DNA of 64,000 bases. Source: Eledone cirrhosa. Lineage: Eukaryota. Under the pieces are notes generated by a model. It saw only the letters and a program-made list of their open reading frames with translations, searched no databases and was not told where the DNA came from. Location of the stretch: positions 363,506,001-363,570,000 of the forward strand of contig OZ024741.1 in assembly GCA_964016885.1 (NCBI GenBank). The letters are read 5' to 3'. A program made the position numbers and the translations under genes. This document shows, piece after piece, positions 44,401-58,504 of the stretch (positions within the stretch are counted from its first letter, which is position 1; each line of letters starts with the position of its first letter).

Positions 44401-47169
44401 AGAAGACTATTTCACAATAACATAGATGTAGATATAGCTGTGTTTAAGAAGGTTGTTTTACAATAACATAGATGTAGATATAGCTGTGGTTAAGAAGGTT
44501 GTTTAACAATAACATAGATGTAGGTATAGCTGTGGTTAAGAAGGTTGTTTTACAATAACATAGATGTAGGTATAGCTTGGGTTAAGAAGGTTGTTTTACA
44601 ATAACATAGATGTAGGTATAGCTGGGGTTAAGAAGGTTATTTCACAATAACATAGATGTAGGTATAGCTTGGGTTAAGAAGGTTGTTTTACAATAACATA
44701 GATGTAGGTATAGCTGTGGTTAAGAAGGTTGTTATACAATAACATTGATGTAGGTATAGCTTGAGTTAAGAAGGTTATTTCACAATAACCTAGATGTAGG
44801 TATAGCTGTGGTTAAGAAGGTTGTTTTACAATAACATAGATGTAGGTATAGCTTGGGTTAAGAAGGTTATTTCACGATAACATAGATGTAGGTATAGCTG
44901 TGGTTAAGAAGGTTATTTCACAATAACATAGATGTAGGTATAGCTTGGGTTAAGAAGGTTATTTCACAATAACATAGATGTAGGTATAGCTTTGGTTAAG
45001 AAGGTTATTTCACAATAACATAAATGTAGGTATAGCTTGGGTTAAGAAGGTTATTTCACAATAAAATAGATGTAGGTATAGCTTGGGTTAAGAAGGTTGT
45101 TTTACAATAACATAGATGTAGGTATAGCTGTGGTTAAGAAGACTATTTCACAATAACATAGATGTAGGTATAGCTTGGGTTAAGAAGGTTATTTCACAAT
45201 AACATAGATGTAGGTATAGCTGTGGTTAAGAAGGTGATTCCACAATAACATAGATGTAGGTATAGCTGTGGTTGAGAAGGTTATTTCACAATAACATAGA
45301 TGTAGGTATAGCTGTGGTTAAGAAGGTTGTTTTACAATAACATAGATGTAGGTATAGCTTGGGTTAAGAAGGTTATTTCACAATAACATAGATGTAGGTA
45401 TAGCTGTGGTTAAGAAGGTGATTCCACAATAACATACATGTAGGTATAGCTGTGGTTGAGAAGGTTATTTCACAATAACATAGATGTAGGTATAGCTGTG
45501 GTTGAGAAGGTTGTTTTACAATAAGATAGATGTAGGTATAGCTTGGGTTAAGAAGGTTATTTCACAATAACATAGACGTAGGTATAGCTTGGGTTAAGAA
45601 GGTTATTTCACAATAACATAGATGTAGGTATAGCTGTGGTTAAGAAGACTATTTCACAATAACATATATGTAGGTATAACTGTGGTTAAGAAGACTATTT
45701 CACAATAACATAGATGTAGGTATAGCTGTGGTTAAGAAGGCTATTTCACAATAACAAAGATGTAGGTATAGCTGTGGTTAAGAAGACTATTTCACAATAA
45801 CATAGATGTAGGTATAGCTTGGGTTAAGAAGGTTATTTCACAATAACATAGATGTAGGTATAGCTCGGGTTAAGAAGGTTGTTTTACAATAACATAGATG
45901 TAGCTATAGCTGTGGTTAAGAAGGTTGTTTCACAATAACATAGATGTGGGTATAGGTGTGGTTAAGAAGACTATTTCACAATAACATAGATGTAGATATA
46001 GCTGTGGTTAAGAAGGTTGTTTTACAATAACATAGATGTAGGTATAGCTGTGGTTAAGAAGGTTGTTTAACAATAACATAGATGTAGGTATAGCTGTGGT
46101 TAAGAAGGTTGTTTTACAATAACATAGATGTAGGTATAGCTTGGGTTAAGAAGGTTGTTTTACAATAACATAGATGTAGGTATAGCTGGGGTTAAGAAGG
46201 TTATTTCACAATAACATAGATGTAGGTATAGCTTGGGTTAAGAAGGTTGTTTTACAATAACATAGATGTAGGTATAGCTGTGGTTAAGAAGGTTGTTATA
46301 CAATAACATAGATGTAGGTATAGCTTGGGTTAAGAAGGTTATTTCACAATAACATAGATGTAGGTATAGCTTGGGTTAAGAAGGTTATTTCACAATAACA
46401 TAGATGTAGGTATAGCTTTGGTTAAGAAGGTTATTTCACAATAACATAGATGTAGGTATAGCTTGGGTTAAGAAGGTTGTTTTACAATAACATAGATGTA
46501 GGTATAGCTGTGGTTAAGAAGACTATTTCACAATAACATAGATGTAGGTATAGCTGTGGTTAAGAAGACTATTTCACAATAACATAGATGTAGGTATAGC
46601 TTGGGTTAAGAAGGTTATTTCACAATAACATAGATGTAGGTATAGCTGTGGTTAAGAAGGTTATTCCACAAAAACATAGATGTAGGTATAGCTGTGGTTG
46701 AGAAGGTTATTTCACAATAACATAGATGTAGGTATAGCTGTGGTTAAGAAGGTTGTTTTACAATAACATAGATGTAGGTATAGCTTGGGTTAAGAAGGTT
46801 ATTTCACAATAACATAGATGTAGGTATAGCTTGGGTTAAGAAGGTTGTTTTACAATAACATAGATGTAGGTATAGCTGGGGTTAAGAAGGTTATTTCACA
46901 ATAACATAGATGTAGGTATAGCTTGGGTTAAGAAGGTTGTTTTACAATAACAGATGTAGGTATAGCTGTGGTTAAGAAGGTTGTTATACAATAACATTGA
47001 TGTAGGTATAGCTTGAGTTAAGAAGGTTATTTCACAATAACCTAGATGTAGGTATAGCTGTGGTTAAGAAGGTTGTTTTACAATAACATAGATGTAGGTA
47101 TAGCTTGGGTTAAGAAGGTTATTTCACGATAACATAGATGTAGGTATAGCTGTGGTTAAGAAGGTTATT
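36369..47169. repeat. Near-identical tandem duplication ~36369-41748 / 41749-47169 (5380 bp = 117 units minus 2 bp)
   Basis: taggcatagc 36841/42221, tgtaggtaca 38771/44151, taggtataac 40291/45671, and a 2-bp deletion unit (aataacagatg) 41571/46951. Confidence 0.95.
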
Positions 47170-47251
47170 TCACAATAACATAGATGTAGGTATAGCTTGG
47201 GTTAAGAAGGTTATTTCACAATAACATAGATGTAGGTATAGCTTTGGTTAA

Positions 47252-50200
47252 GAAGGTTATTTCACAATAACATAAATGTAGGTATAGCTTGGGTTAAGAA
47301 GGTTATTTCACAATAAAATAGATGTAGGTATAGCTTGGGTTAAGAAGGTTGTTTTACAATAACATAGATGTAGGTATAGCTGTGGTTAAGAAGACTATTT
47401 CACAATAACATAGATGTAGGTATAGCTTGGGTTAAGAAGGTTATTTCACAATAACATAGATGTAGGTATAGCTGTGGTTAAGAAGGTGATTCCACAATAA
47501 CATAGATGTAGGTATAGCTGTGGTTGAGAAGGTTACTTCACAATAACATAGATGTAGGTATAGCTGTGGTTAAGAAGGTTGTTTTACAATAACATAGATG
47601 TAGGTATAGCTTGGGTTAAGAAGGTTATTTCACAATAACATAGATGTAGGTATAGCTGTGGTTAAGAAGGTGATTCCACAATAACATAGATGTAGGTATA
47701 GCTGTGGTTGAGAAGGTTATTTCACAATAACATAGATGTAGGTATAGCTGTGGTTGAGAAGGTTGTTTTACAATAAGATAGATGTAGGTATAGCATGGGT
47801 TAAGAAGGTTATTTCACAATAACATAGACGTAGGTATAGCTTGGGTTAAGAAGGTTATTTCACAATAACATAGATGTAGGTATAGCTGTGGTTAAGAAGG
47901 TTGTTTCACTATAACATAGATGTAGGAATAGCTGTGGTTAAGAAGACTATTTCACAATAACATATATGTAGGTATAGCTGTGGTTAAGAAGACTATTTCA
48001 CAATAACATAGATGTAGGTATAGCTGTGGTTAAGAAGGCTATTTCACAATAACAAAGATGTAGGTATAGCTGTGGTTAAGAAGACTATTTCACAATAACA
48101 TAGATGTAGGTATAGCTTGGGTTAAGAAGGTTATTTCACAATAACATAGATGTAGGTATAGCTCGGGTTAAGAAGGTTGTTTTACAATAACATAGATGTA
48201 GCTGTAGCTGTGGTTAAGAAGGTTGTTTCACAATAACATAGATGTAGGTATAGCTTGGGTTAAGAAGGTTATTTTACAATAACATAGAGGTAGGTATAGC
48301 TGTGGTTAAGAAGGTTATTTCACAATAACATTGATGTAGGTATAGCTGTGGTTAAGAAGGTGATTCCACAATAACATAGATGTAGGTATAGCTGTGGTTG
48401 AGAAGGTTATTTCACAATAACATAGATGTAGGTATAGCTGTGGTTAAGAAGGTTGTTTTACAATAACATAGATGTTGGTATAGCTTGGGTTAAGAAGGTT
48501 ATTTCACAATTACATAGATGTAGGTATAGCTGTGGTTGAGAAGGTTGTTTTACAATAACATAGATGTAGGTATAGCTGGGGTTAAGAAGGTTATTTCACA
48601 ATAACATAGATGTAGGTATAGCTTGGGTTAAGAAGGTTGTTTTACAATAACATAGATGTAGGTATAGCTGTGGTTAAGTAGGTTGTTTTACAATAACATA
48701 GATGTAGGTATAGCTTGGGTTAAGAAGGTTATTTCACAATAACATAGATGTAGGTATAGCTGTGGTTAAGAAGGTTATTCCACAATAACATAGATGTAGG
48801 TATAGCTTGGGTTAAGAAGGTTATTTCACAATAACATAGATGTAGGTATAGCTGTGGTTAAGAAGGTTGGTTTACAATAAGATAGATGTAGGTATAGCTT
48901 GGGTTAAGAAGGTTATTTCACAATAACATAGACGTAGGTATAGCTGTGGTTAAGAAGACTATTTCACAATAACATATATGTAGGTATAGCTGTGGTTAAG
49001 AAGACTATTTCACAATAACATAGATGTAGGTATAGCTGTGGTTAAGAAGGCTATTTCACAATAACAAAGATGTAGGTATAGCTGTGGTTAAGAAGACTAT
49101 TTCACAATAACATAGATGTAGGTATAGCTTGGGTTAAGAAGGTTATTTCACAATAACATAGATGTAGGTATAGCTGTGGTTGAGAAGGTTATTTCACAAT
49201 AACATAAATGTAGGTATAGCTTGGGTTAAGAAGGTTATTTCACAATAAAATAGATGTAGGTATAGCTTGGGTTAAGAAGGTTGTTTTACAATAACATAGA
49301 TGTAGGTATAGCTGTGGTTAAGAAGACTATTTCACAATAACATAGATGTAGGTATAGCTTGGGTTAAGAAGGTTATTTCACAATAACATAGATGTAGGTA
49401 TAGCTGTGGTTAAGAAGGTGATTCCACAATAACATAGATGTAGGTATAGCTGTGGTTGAGAAGGTTACTTCACAATAACATAGACGTAGGTATAGCTGTG
49501 GTTAAGAAGGTTGTTTTACAATAACATAGATGTAGGTATAGCTTGGGTTAAGAAGGTTATTTCACAATAACATAGATGTAGGTATAGCTGTGGTTAAGAA
49601 GGTGATTCCACAATAACATAGATGTAGGTATAGCTGTGGTTGAGAAGGTTATTTCACAATAACATAGATGTAGGTATAGCTGTGGTTGAGAAGGTTGTTT
49701 TACAATAAGATAGATGTAGGTATAGCATGGGTTAAGAAGGTTATTTCACAATAACATAGACGTAGGTATAGCTTGGGTTAAGAAGGTTATTTCACAATAA
49801 CATAGATGTAGGTATAGCTGTGGTTAAGAAGGTTGTTTCACTATAACATAGATGTAGGAATAGCTGTGGTTAAGAAGACTATTTCACAATAACATATATG
49901 TAGGTATAGCTGTGGTTAAGAAGACTATTTCACAATAACATAGATGTAGGTATAGCTGTGGTTAAGAAGGCTATTTCACAATAACAAAGATGTAGGTATA
50001 GCTGTGGTTAAGAAGACTATTTCACAATAACATAGATGTAGGTATAGCTTGGGTTAAGAAGGTTATTTCACAATAACATAGATGTAGGTATAGCTCGGGT
50101 TAAGAAGGTTGTTTTACAATAACATAGATGTAGCTGTAGCTGTGGTTAAGAAGGTTGTTTCACAATAACATAGATGTAGGTATAGCTTGGGTTAAGAAGG

Positions 50201-51099
50201 TTATTTTACAATAACATAGAGGTAGGTATAGCTGTGGTTAAGAAGGTTATTTCACAATAACATTGATGTAGGTATAGCTGTGGTTAAGAAGGTGATTCCA
50301 CAATAACATAGATGTAGGTATAGCTGTGGTTGAGAAGGTTATTTCACAATAACATAGATGTAGGTATAGCTGTGGTTAAGAAGGTTGTTTTACAATAACA
50401 TAGATGTAGGTATAGCTTGGGTTAAGAAGGTTATTTCACAATTACATAGATGTAGGTATAGCTGTGGTTGAGAAGGTTGTTTTACAATAACATAGATGTA
50501 GGTATAGCTGGGGTTAAGAAGGTTATTTCACAATAACATAGATGTAGGTATAGCTTGGGTTAAGAAGGTTGTTTTACAATAACATAGATGTAGGTATAGC
50601 TGTGGTTAAGTAGGTTGTTTTACAATAACATAGATGTAGGTATAGCTTGGGTTAAGAAGGTTATTTCACAATAACATAGATGTAGGTATAGCTGTGGTTA
50701 AGAAGGTTATTCCACAATAACATAGATGTAGGTATAGCTTGGGTTAAGAAGGTTATTTCACAATAACATAGATGTAGGTATAGCTGTGGTTAAGAAGGTT
50801 GGTTTACAATAAGATAGATGTAGGTATAGCTTGGGTTAAGAAGGTTATTTCACAATAACATAGACGTAGGTATAGCTGTGGTTAAGAAGACTATTTCACA
50901 ATAAGATATATGTAGGTATAGCTGTGGTTAAGAAGACTATTTCACAATAACATAGATGTAGGTATAGCTGTGGTTAAGAAGGCTATTTCACAATAACAAA
51001 GATGTAGGTATAGCTGTGGTTAAGAAGACTATTTCACAATAACATAGATGTAGGTATAGCTTGGGTTAAGAAGGTTATTTCACAATAACATAGATGTAG
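47252..51099. repeat. Tandem duplication ~47252-49167 / ~49184-51099 (1932 bp = 42 units)
   Basis: Private variants: tagcatggg 47791/49723, tgtaggaata 47921/49853, gctgtagctg 48201/50133, caattacat ~48511/50443. Confidence 0.93.
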
Positions 51100-54000
51100 G
51101 TATAGCTCGGGTTAAGAAGGTTGTTTTACAATAACATAGATGTAGCTATAGCTGTGGTTAAGAAGGTTGTTTCACAATAACATAGAGGTAGGTATAGCTG
51201 TGGTTAAGAAGGTTGTTTCACAATAACATAGATGTGGGTATAGTTGTGGTTAAGAAGACTATTTCACAATAACATAGATGTAGATATAGCTGTGTTTAAG
51301 AAGGTTGTTTTACAATAACATAGATGTAGGTATAGCTGTGGTTAAGAAGGTTGTTTAACAATAACATAGATGTAGGTATAGCTGTGGTTAAGAAGGTTGT
51401 TTTACAATAACATAGATGTAGGTATAGCTTGGGTTAAGAAGGTTGTTTTACAATAACATAGATGTAGGTATAGCTGGGGTTAAGAAGGTTATTTCACAAT
51501 AACATAGATGTAGGTATAGCTTGGGTTAAGAAGGTTGTTTTACAATAACATAGATGTAGGTATAGCTGTGGTTAAGAAGGTTGTTATACAATAACATTGA
51601 TGTAGGTATAGCTTGAGTTAAGAAGGTTATTTCACAATAACCTAGATGTAGGTATAGCTGTGGTTAAGAAGGTTGTTTTACAATAACATAGATGTAGGTA
51701 TAGCTTGGGTTAAGAAGGTTATTTCACGATAACATAGATGTAGGTATAGCTGTGGTTAAGAAGGTTATTTCACAATAACATAGATGTAGGTATAGCTTGG
51801 GTTAAGAAGGTTATTTCACAATAACATAGATGTAGGTATAGCTTTGGTTAAGAAGGTTATTTCACAATAACATAAATGTAGGTATAGCTTGGGTTAAGAA
51901 GGTTATTTCACAATAAAATAGATGTAGGTATAGCTTGGGTTAAGAAGGTTGTTTTACAATAACATAGATGTAGGTATAGCTGTGGTTAAGAAGACTATTT
52001 CACAATAACATAGATGTAGGTATAGCTTCGGTTAAGAAGGTTATTTCACAATAACATAGATGTAGGTATACCTGTGGTTAAGAAGGTGATTCCACAATAA
52101 CATAGATGTAGGTATAACTGTGGTTGAGAAGGTTATTTCACAATAACATAGATGTAGGTATAGCTGTGGTTAAGAAGGTTGTTTTACAATAACATAGATG
52201 TAGGTATAGCTTGGGTTAAGAAGATTATTTCACAATAACATAGATGTAGGTATAGCTGTGGTTAAGAAGGTGATTCCACAAAAACATAGATGTAGGTATA
52301 GCTGTGGTTGAGAAGGTTATTTCACAATAACATAGATGTAGGTATAGCTGTGGTTGAGAAGGTTGTTTTACAATAAGATAGATGTAGGTATAGCTTGGGT
52401 TAAGAAGGTTATTTCACAATAACATAGACGTAGGTATAGCTTGGGTTAAGAAGGTTATTTCACAATAACATAGATGTAGGTATAGCTGTGGTTAAGAAGA
52501 CTATTTCACAATAACATATATGTAGGTATAGCTGTGGTTAAGAAGACTATTTCACAATAACATAGATGTAGGTATAGCTGTGGTTAAGAAGGCTATTTCA
52601 CAATAACAAAGATGTAGGTATAGCTGTGGTTAAGAAGACTATTTCACAATAACATAGATGTAGGTATAGCTTGGGTTAAGAAGGTTATTTCACAATAACA
52701 TAGATGTAGGTATAGCTCGGGTTAAGAAGGTTGTTTTACAATAACATAGATGTAGCTATAGCTGTGGTTAAGAAGGTTGTTTCACAACAACATAGATGTA
52801 GGTATAGCTTGGGTTAAGAAGGTTATTTTACAATAACATAGAGGTAGGTATAGCTGTGGTTAAGAAGGTTGTTTCACAATAACATAGATGTGGGTATAGG
52901 TGTGGTTAAGAAGACTATTTCACAATAACATAGATGTAGATATAGCTGTGGTTAAGAAGGTTGTTTTACAATAACATAGATGTAGGTATAGCTTGGGTTA
53001 AGAAGGTTGTTTTACAATAACATAGATGTAGGTATAGCTGGGGTTAAGAAGGTTATTTCACAATAACATAGATGTAGGTATAGCTTGGGTTAAGAAGGTT
53101 GTTTTACAATAACATAGATGTAGGTATAGCTGTGGTTAAGAAGGTTGTTATACAATAACATTGATGTAGGTATAGCTTGAGTTAAGAAGGTAATTTCACA
53201 ATAACCTAGATGTAGGTATAGCTGTGGTTAAGAAGGTTGTTTTACAATAACATAGATGTAGGTATAGCTTGGGTTAAGAAGGTTATTTCACGATAACATA
53301 GATGTAGGTATAGCTGTGGTTAAGAAGGTTATTTCACAATAACATAGATGTAGGTATAGCTTGGGTTAAGAAGGTTATTTCACAATAACATAGATGTAGG
53401 TATAGCTTTGGTTAAGAAGGTTATTTCACAATAACATAGATGTAGGTATAGCTTGGGTTAAGAAGGTTATTTCACAATAAAATAGATGTAGGTATAGCTT
53501 GGGTTAAGAAGGTTGTTTTACAATAACATAGATGTAGGTATAGCTGTGGTTAAGAAGACTATTTCACATTAACATAGATGTAGGTATAGCTTGGGTTAAG
53601 AAGGTTATTTCACAATAACATAGATGTAGGTATAGCTGTGGTTAAGAAGGTTATTCCACAATAACATAGATGTAGGTATAGCTGTGGTTGAGAAGGTTAT
53701 TTCACAATAACATAGATGTAGGTATAGCTGTGGTTAAGAAGGTTGTTTTACAATAACATAGATGTAGGTATAGCTTGGGTTAAGAAGGTTGTTTTACAAT
53801 AACATAGATGTAGGTATAGCTGGGGTTAAGAAGGTTATTTCACAATAACATAGATGTAGGTATAGCTTGGGTTAAGAAGGTTGTTTTACAATAACATAGA
53901 TGTAGGTATAGCTGTGGTTAAGAAGGTTGTTTTACAATAACATAGATGTAGGTATAGCTTGGGTTAAGAAGGTTATTTCACAATAACATAGATGTAGGTA

Positions 54001-57000
54001 TAGCTGTGGTTAAGAAGGTTATTCCACAATAACATAGATGTAGGTATAGCTGTGGTTAAGAAGGTTGTTTTACAATAAGATAGATGTAGGTATAGCTTGG
54101 GTTAAGAAGGTTATTTCACAATAACATAGACGTAGGTATAGCTTGGGTTAAGAAGGTTATTTCACAATAACATAGATGTAGGTATAGCTGTGGTTAAGAA
54201 GACTATTTCACAATAACATAGATGTAGGTATAGCTGTGGTTAAGAAGACTATTTCACAATAACATAGATGTAGGTATAGCTGTGGTTAAGAAGACTATTT
54301 CACAATAACATAGATGTAGGTATAGCTGTGGTTAAGAAGGCTATTTCACAATAACAAAGATGTAGGTATAGCTGTGGTTAAGAAGACTATTTCACAATAA
54401 CATAGACGTAGGTATAGCTGTGGTTAAGAAGGTTATTTCACAATAACAGAGATGTAGGTATAGCTGTGGTTAAGAATGTTATTTCACAATAACATAGATG
54501 TAAGTATAGCTGTGGTTAAGAAGGTTATTTTACAATAACATAGATGTAGGTATAGCTTGGGTTTAGAAGGTTGTTTTACAATAACCTAGATGTAGGTATA
54601 GCTTGGGTTAAGAAGGTTATTTCACAATAACACAGATGTAGGTATAGCTGTGGTTAAAAAGGTTATTTCACAATAACATAGATGTAGGTATAGCTGTGCT
54701 TAAGAAGGTTGTTTTACAATAACATAGATTTAGGTATAGCTTGGGTCAAGAAGGTTATTTCACAATAACATAGATGTAGGTATAGCTGTGGTTAAGAAGA
54801 CTATTTCACAATAACATAGATGTAGGTATAGCTGTGGTTAAGAAGGTTATTTCACAATAACAGAGATGTAGGTATAGCTGTGGTTAAGAAGGTTATTTCA
54901 CAATAACATAGATGTAGGTATAGTTGTGGTTAAGAAGACTATTTCACAATAACATAGATGTAAGTATAGCTTGGGTTAAGAAGGTTGTTTTACAATAACC
55001 TAGATGTAGGTATAGCTTGGGTTAAGAAGGTTATTTCACAATAACACAGATGTAGGTATAGCTGTGGTTCAGCAGACTATTTCACAATAACATAGATGTA
55101 GGTATAGCTGTGGTTAAGAAGACTATTTCACAATAACATAGATGTAGGTATAGCTGTGGTTAAGAAGGCTATTTCACAATAACATAGATGTAGGTATAGC
55201 TGTGGTTAAGAAGACTATTTCACAATAACATAGATGTAGGTATAGCTTGGGTTAAGAAGGTTATTTCACAATAACATAGATGTAGGTATAGCTTGGGTTA
55301 AGAAAGTTATTTCACAATAACCTAGATGTAGGTATAGCTGTGGTTAAGAAGGTTGTTTTACAATAACATAGATGTAGGTATAGCTGTGGTTAAGAAGACT
55401 ATTTCACAATAACATAGATGTAGGTATAGCTTGGGTTAAGAAGGTTGTTTCACAATAACATATATGTAGGTATAGCTGTGGTTAAGAAGGATATTTCACA
55501 ATAACGTAGATGTAGGTATAGCTTGGGTTTAGAAGGTTGTTTTACAATAACCTAGATGTAGGTATAGCTTGGGTTAAGAAGGTTATTTCACAATAACATA
55601 GAGGTAGGTATAGCTGTGGTTAAGAAGGTTGTTTCACAATAACATAGATGTAGGTATAGTTGTGGTTAAGAAGACTATTTCACAATAACATAGATGTAGA
55701 TATAGCTGTGGTTAAGAAGGTTATTTTACAATAACATAGATGTAGGTATAGCTGTGGTTAAGAAGGTTGTTTTACAATAACATAGATGTAGGTATAGCTT
55801 GGGTTAAGAAGGTTGTTTTACAATAACATAGATGTAGGTATAGCTGGGGTTAAGAAGGTTATTTCACAATAACATAGATGTAGGTATAGCTTGGGTTAAG
55901 GAGGTTGTTTTACAATAACATAGATGTAGGTATAGCTGTGGTTAAGAAGGTTGTTTTACAATAACATAGATGTAGGTATAGCTTGGGTTAAGAAGGTTAT
56001 TTCACAATAACATAGATGTAGGTATAGCTGTGGTTAAGAAGGTTATTCCACAATAACATAGATGTAGGTATAGCTGTGGTTAAGAAGGTTGTTTTACAAT
56101 AAGATAGATGTAGGTATAGCTTGGGTTAAGAAGGTTATTTCACAATAACATAGACGTAGGTATAGCTTGGGTTAAGAAGGTTATTTCACAATAACATAGA
56201 TGTAGGTATAGCTGTGGTTAAGAAGACTATTTCACAATAACATAGATGTAGGTATAGCTGTGGTTAAGAAGACTATTTCACAATAACATAGATGTAGGTA
56301 TAGCTGTGGTTAAGAAGACTATTTCACAATAACATAGATGTAGGTATAGCTGTGGTTAAGAAGGCTATTTCACAATAACAAAGATGTAGGTATAGCTGTG
56401 GTTAAGAAGACTATTTCACAATAACATAGACGTAGGTATAGCTGTGGTTAAGAAGGTTATTTCACAATAACAGAGATGTAGGTATAGCTGTGGTTAACAA
56501 GGTTATTTCACAATAACATAGATGTAAGTATAGCTGTGGTTAAGAAGGTTATTTCACAATAACATAGATGTAGGTATAGCTTGGGTTTAGAAGGTTGTTT
56601 TACAATAACCTAGATGTAGTTATAGCTTGGGTTAAGAAGGTTATTTCACAATGACACAGATGTAGGTATAGCTGTGGTTAAAAAGGTTATTTCACAATAA
56701 CATAGATGTAGGTATAGCTGTGCTTAAGAAGGTTGTTTTACAATAACCTAGATGTAGGTATAGCTTGGGTTAAGAAGGTTATTTCACAATAACACAGATG
56801 TAGGTATAGCTGTGGTTCAGCAGACTATTTCACAATAACATAGATGTAGGTATAGCTTGGGTTAAGAAAGTTATTTCACAATAACCTAGATGTAGGTATA
56901 GCTGTGGTTAAGAAGGTTGTTTTACAATAACATAGATGTAGGTATAGCTGTGGTTAAGAAGACTATTTCACAATAACATAGATGTAGGTATAGCTTGGGT

Positions 57001-58504
57001 TAAGAAGGTTGTTTCACAATAACATATATGTAGGTATAGCTGTGGTTAAGAAGGATATTTCACAATAACGTAGATGTAGGTATAGCTTGGGTTTAGAAGG
57101 TTGTTTTACAATAACCTAGATGTAGGTATAGCTTGGGTTAAGAAGGTTATTTCACAATAACATAGAGGTAGGTATAGCTGTGGTTAAGAAGGTTGTTTCA
57201 CAATAACATAGATGTAGGTATAGTTGTGGTTAAGAAGACTATTTCACAATAACATAGATGTAGATATAGCTGTGGTTAAGAAGGTTATTTTACAATAACA
57301 TAGATGTAGGTATAGCTGTGGTTAAGAAGGTTGTTTTACAATAACATAGATGTAGGTATAGCTTGGGTTAAGAAGGTTGTTTTACAATAACATAGATGTA
57401 GGTATAGCTGGGGTTAAGAAGGTTATTTCACAATAACATAGATGTAGGTATAGCTTGGGTTAAGAAGGTTGTTTTACAATAACATAGATGTAGGTATAGC
57501 TGTGGTTAAGAAACTTGTTATACAATAACATAGATGTAGGTATAGCTTGGGTTAAGGAGGTTATTACACAATAACATAGATGTAGGTATAGCTGTGGTTA
57601 AGAAGGTTATTCCACAATAACATAGATGTAGGTATAGCTTGGGTTAAGAAGGTTATTTCACAATAACATAGATGTAAGTATAGCTGTGGTTAAGAAGGTT
57701 ATTTCACAATAACATAGATGGAGGTATAGCTGTGGTTAAGAAGGTTGTTTTACAATAACATAGATGTAGGTATAGCTGTGGTTAAGAAGGTTATTTCACA
57801 ATAACATAGATGTAGGTATAGCTTGGGTTAAGAAGGTTGTTATACAATAACTTAGATGTAGGTATAGCTTGGGTTAAGAAGGTTGTTTTACAATAACATA
57901 GATGTAGGTATAGCTGTGGTTAAGAAGGTTGTTTTACAAAAACATAGATGTAGGTATAGCTGTGGTTAAGAAGGTTGTTTTACAATAACATAGATGTAGG
58001 TATAGCTTGGGTTAAGAAGGTTGTTTTACAATAACATAGATGAATGTATAGCTGTGGTTAAGAAGGTTATTTCACAATAACCTAGATGTAGGTATAGCTG
58101 TGGTTAAGAAGGTTGTTTTACAATAACATAGATGTAGGTATAGCTGTGGTTAAGAAGACTATTTCACAATAACATATATGTAGGTATAGCTTGGGTTAAG
58201 AAGGTTGTTTCACAATAACATAGATGTAGGTATAGCTGTGGTTAAGAAGGTTATTTCACAATAACATAGATGTAGGTATAGCTTGGGTTAAGAAGGTTAT
58301 TTCACAATAACATAGATGTAGGTATAGCTTTGGTTAAGAAGGTTATTTCACAATAACATAGATGTAGGTATAGCTTGGTTAAGAAGGTTATTTCACAATA
58401 AAATAGATGTAGGTATAGCTTGGGTTAAGAAGGTTGTTTTACAATAACATAGATGTAGGTATAGCTGTGGTTAAGAAGACTATTTCACAATAACATAGAT
58501 GTAG

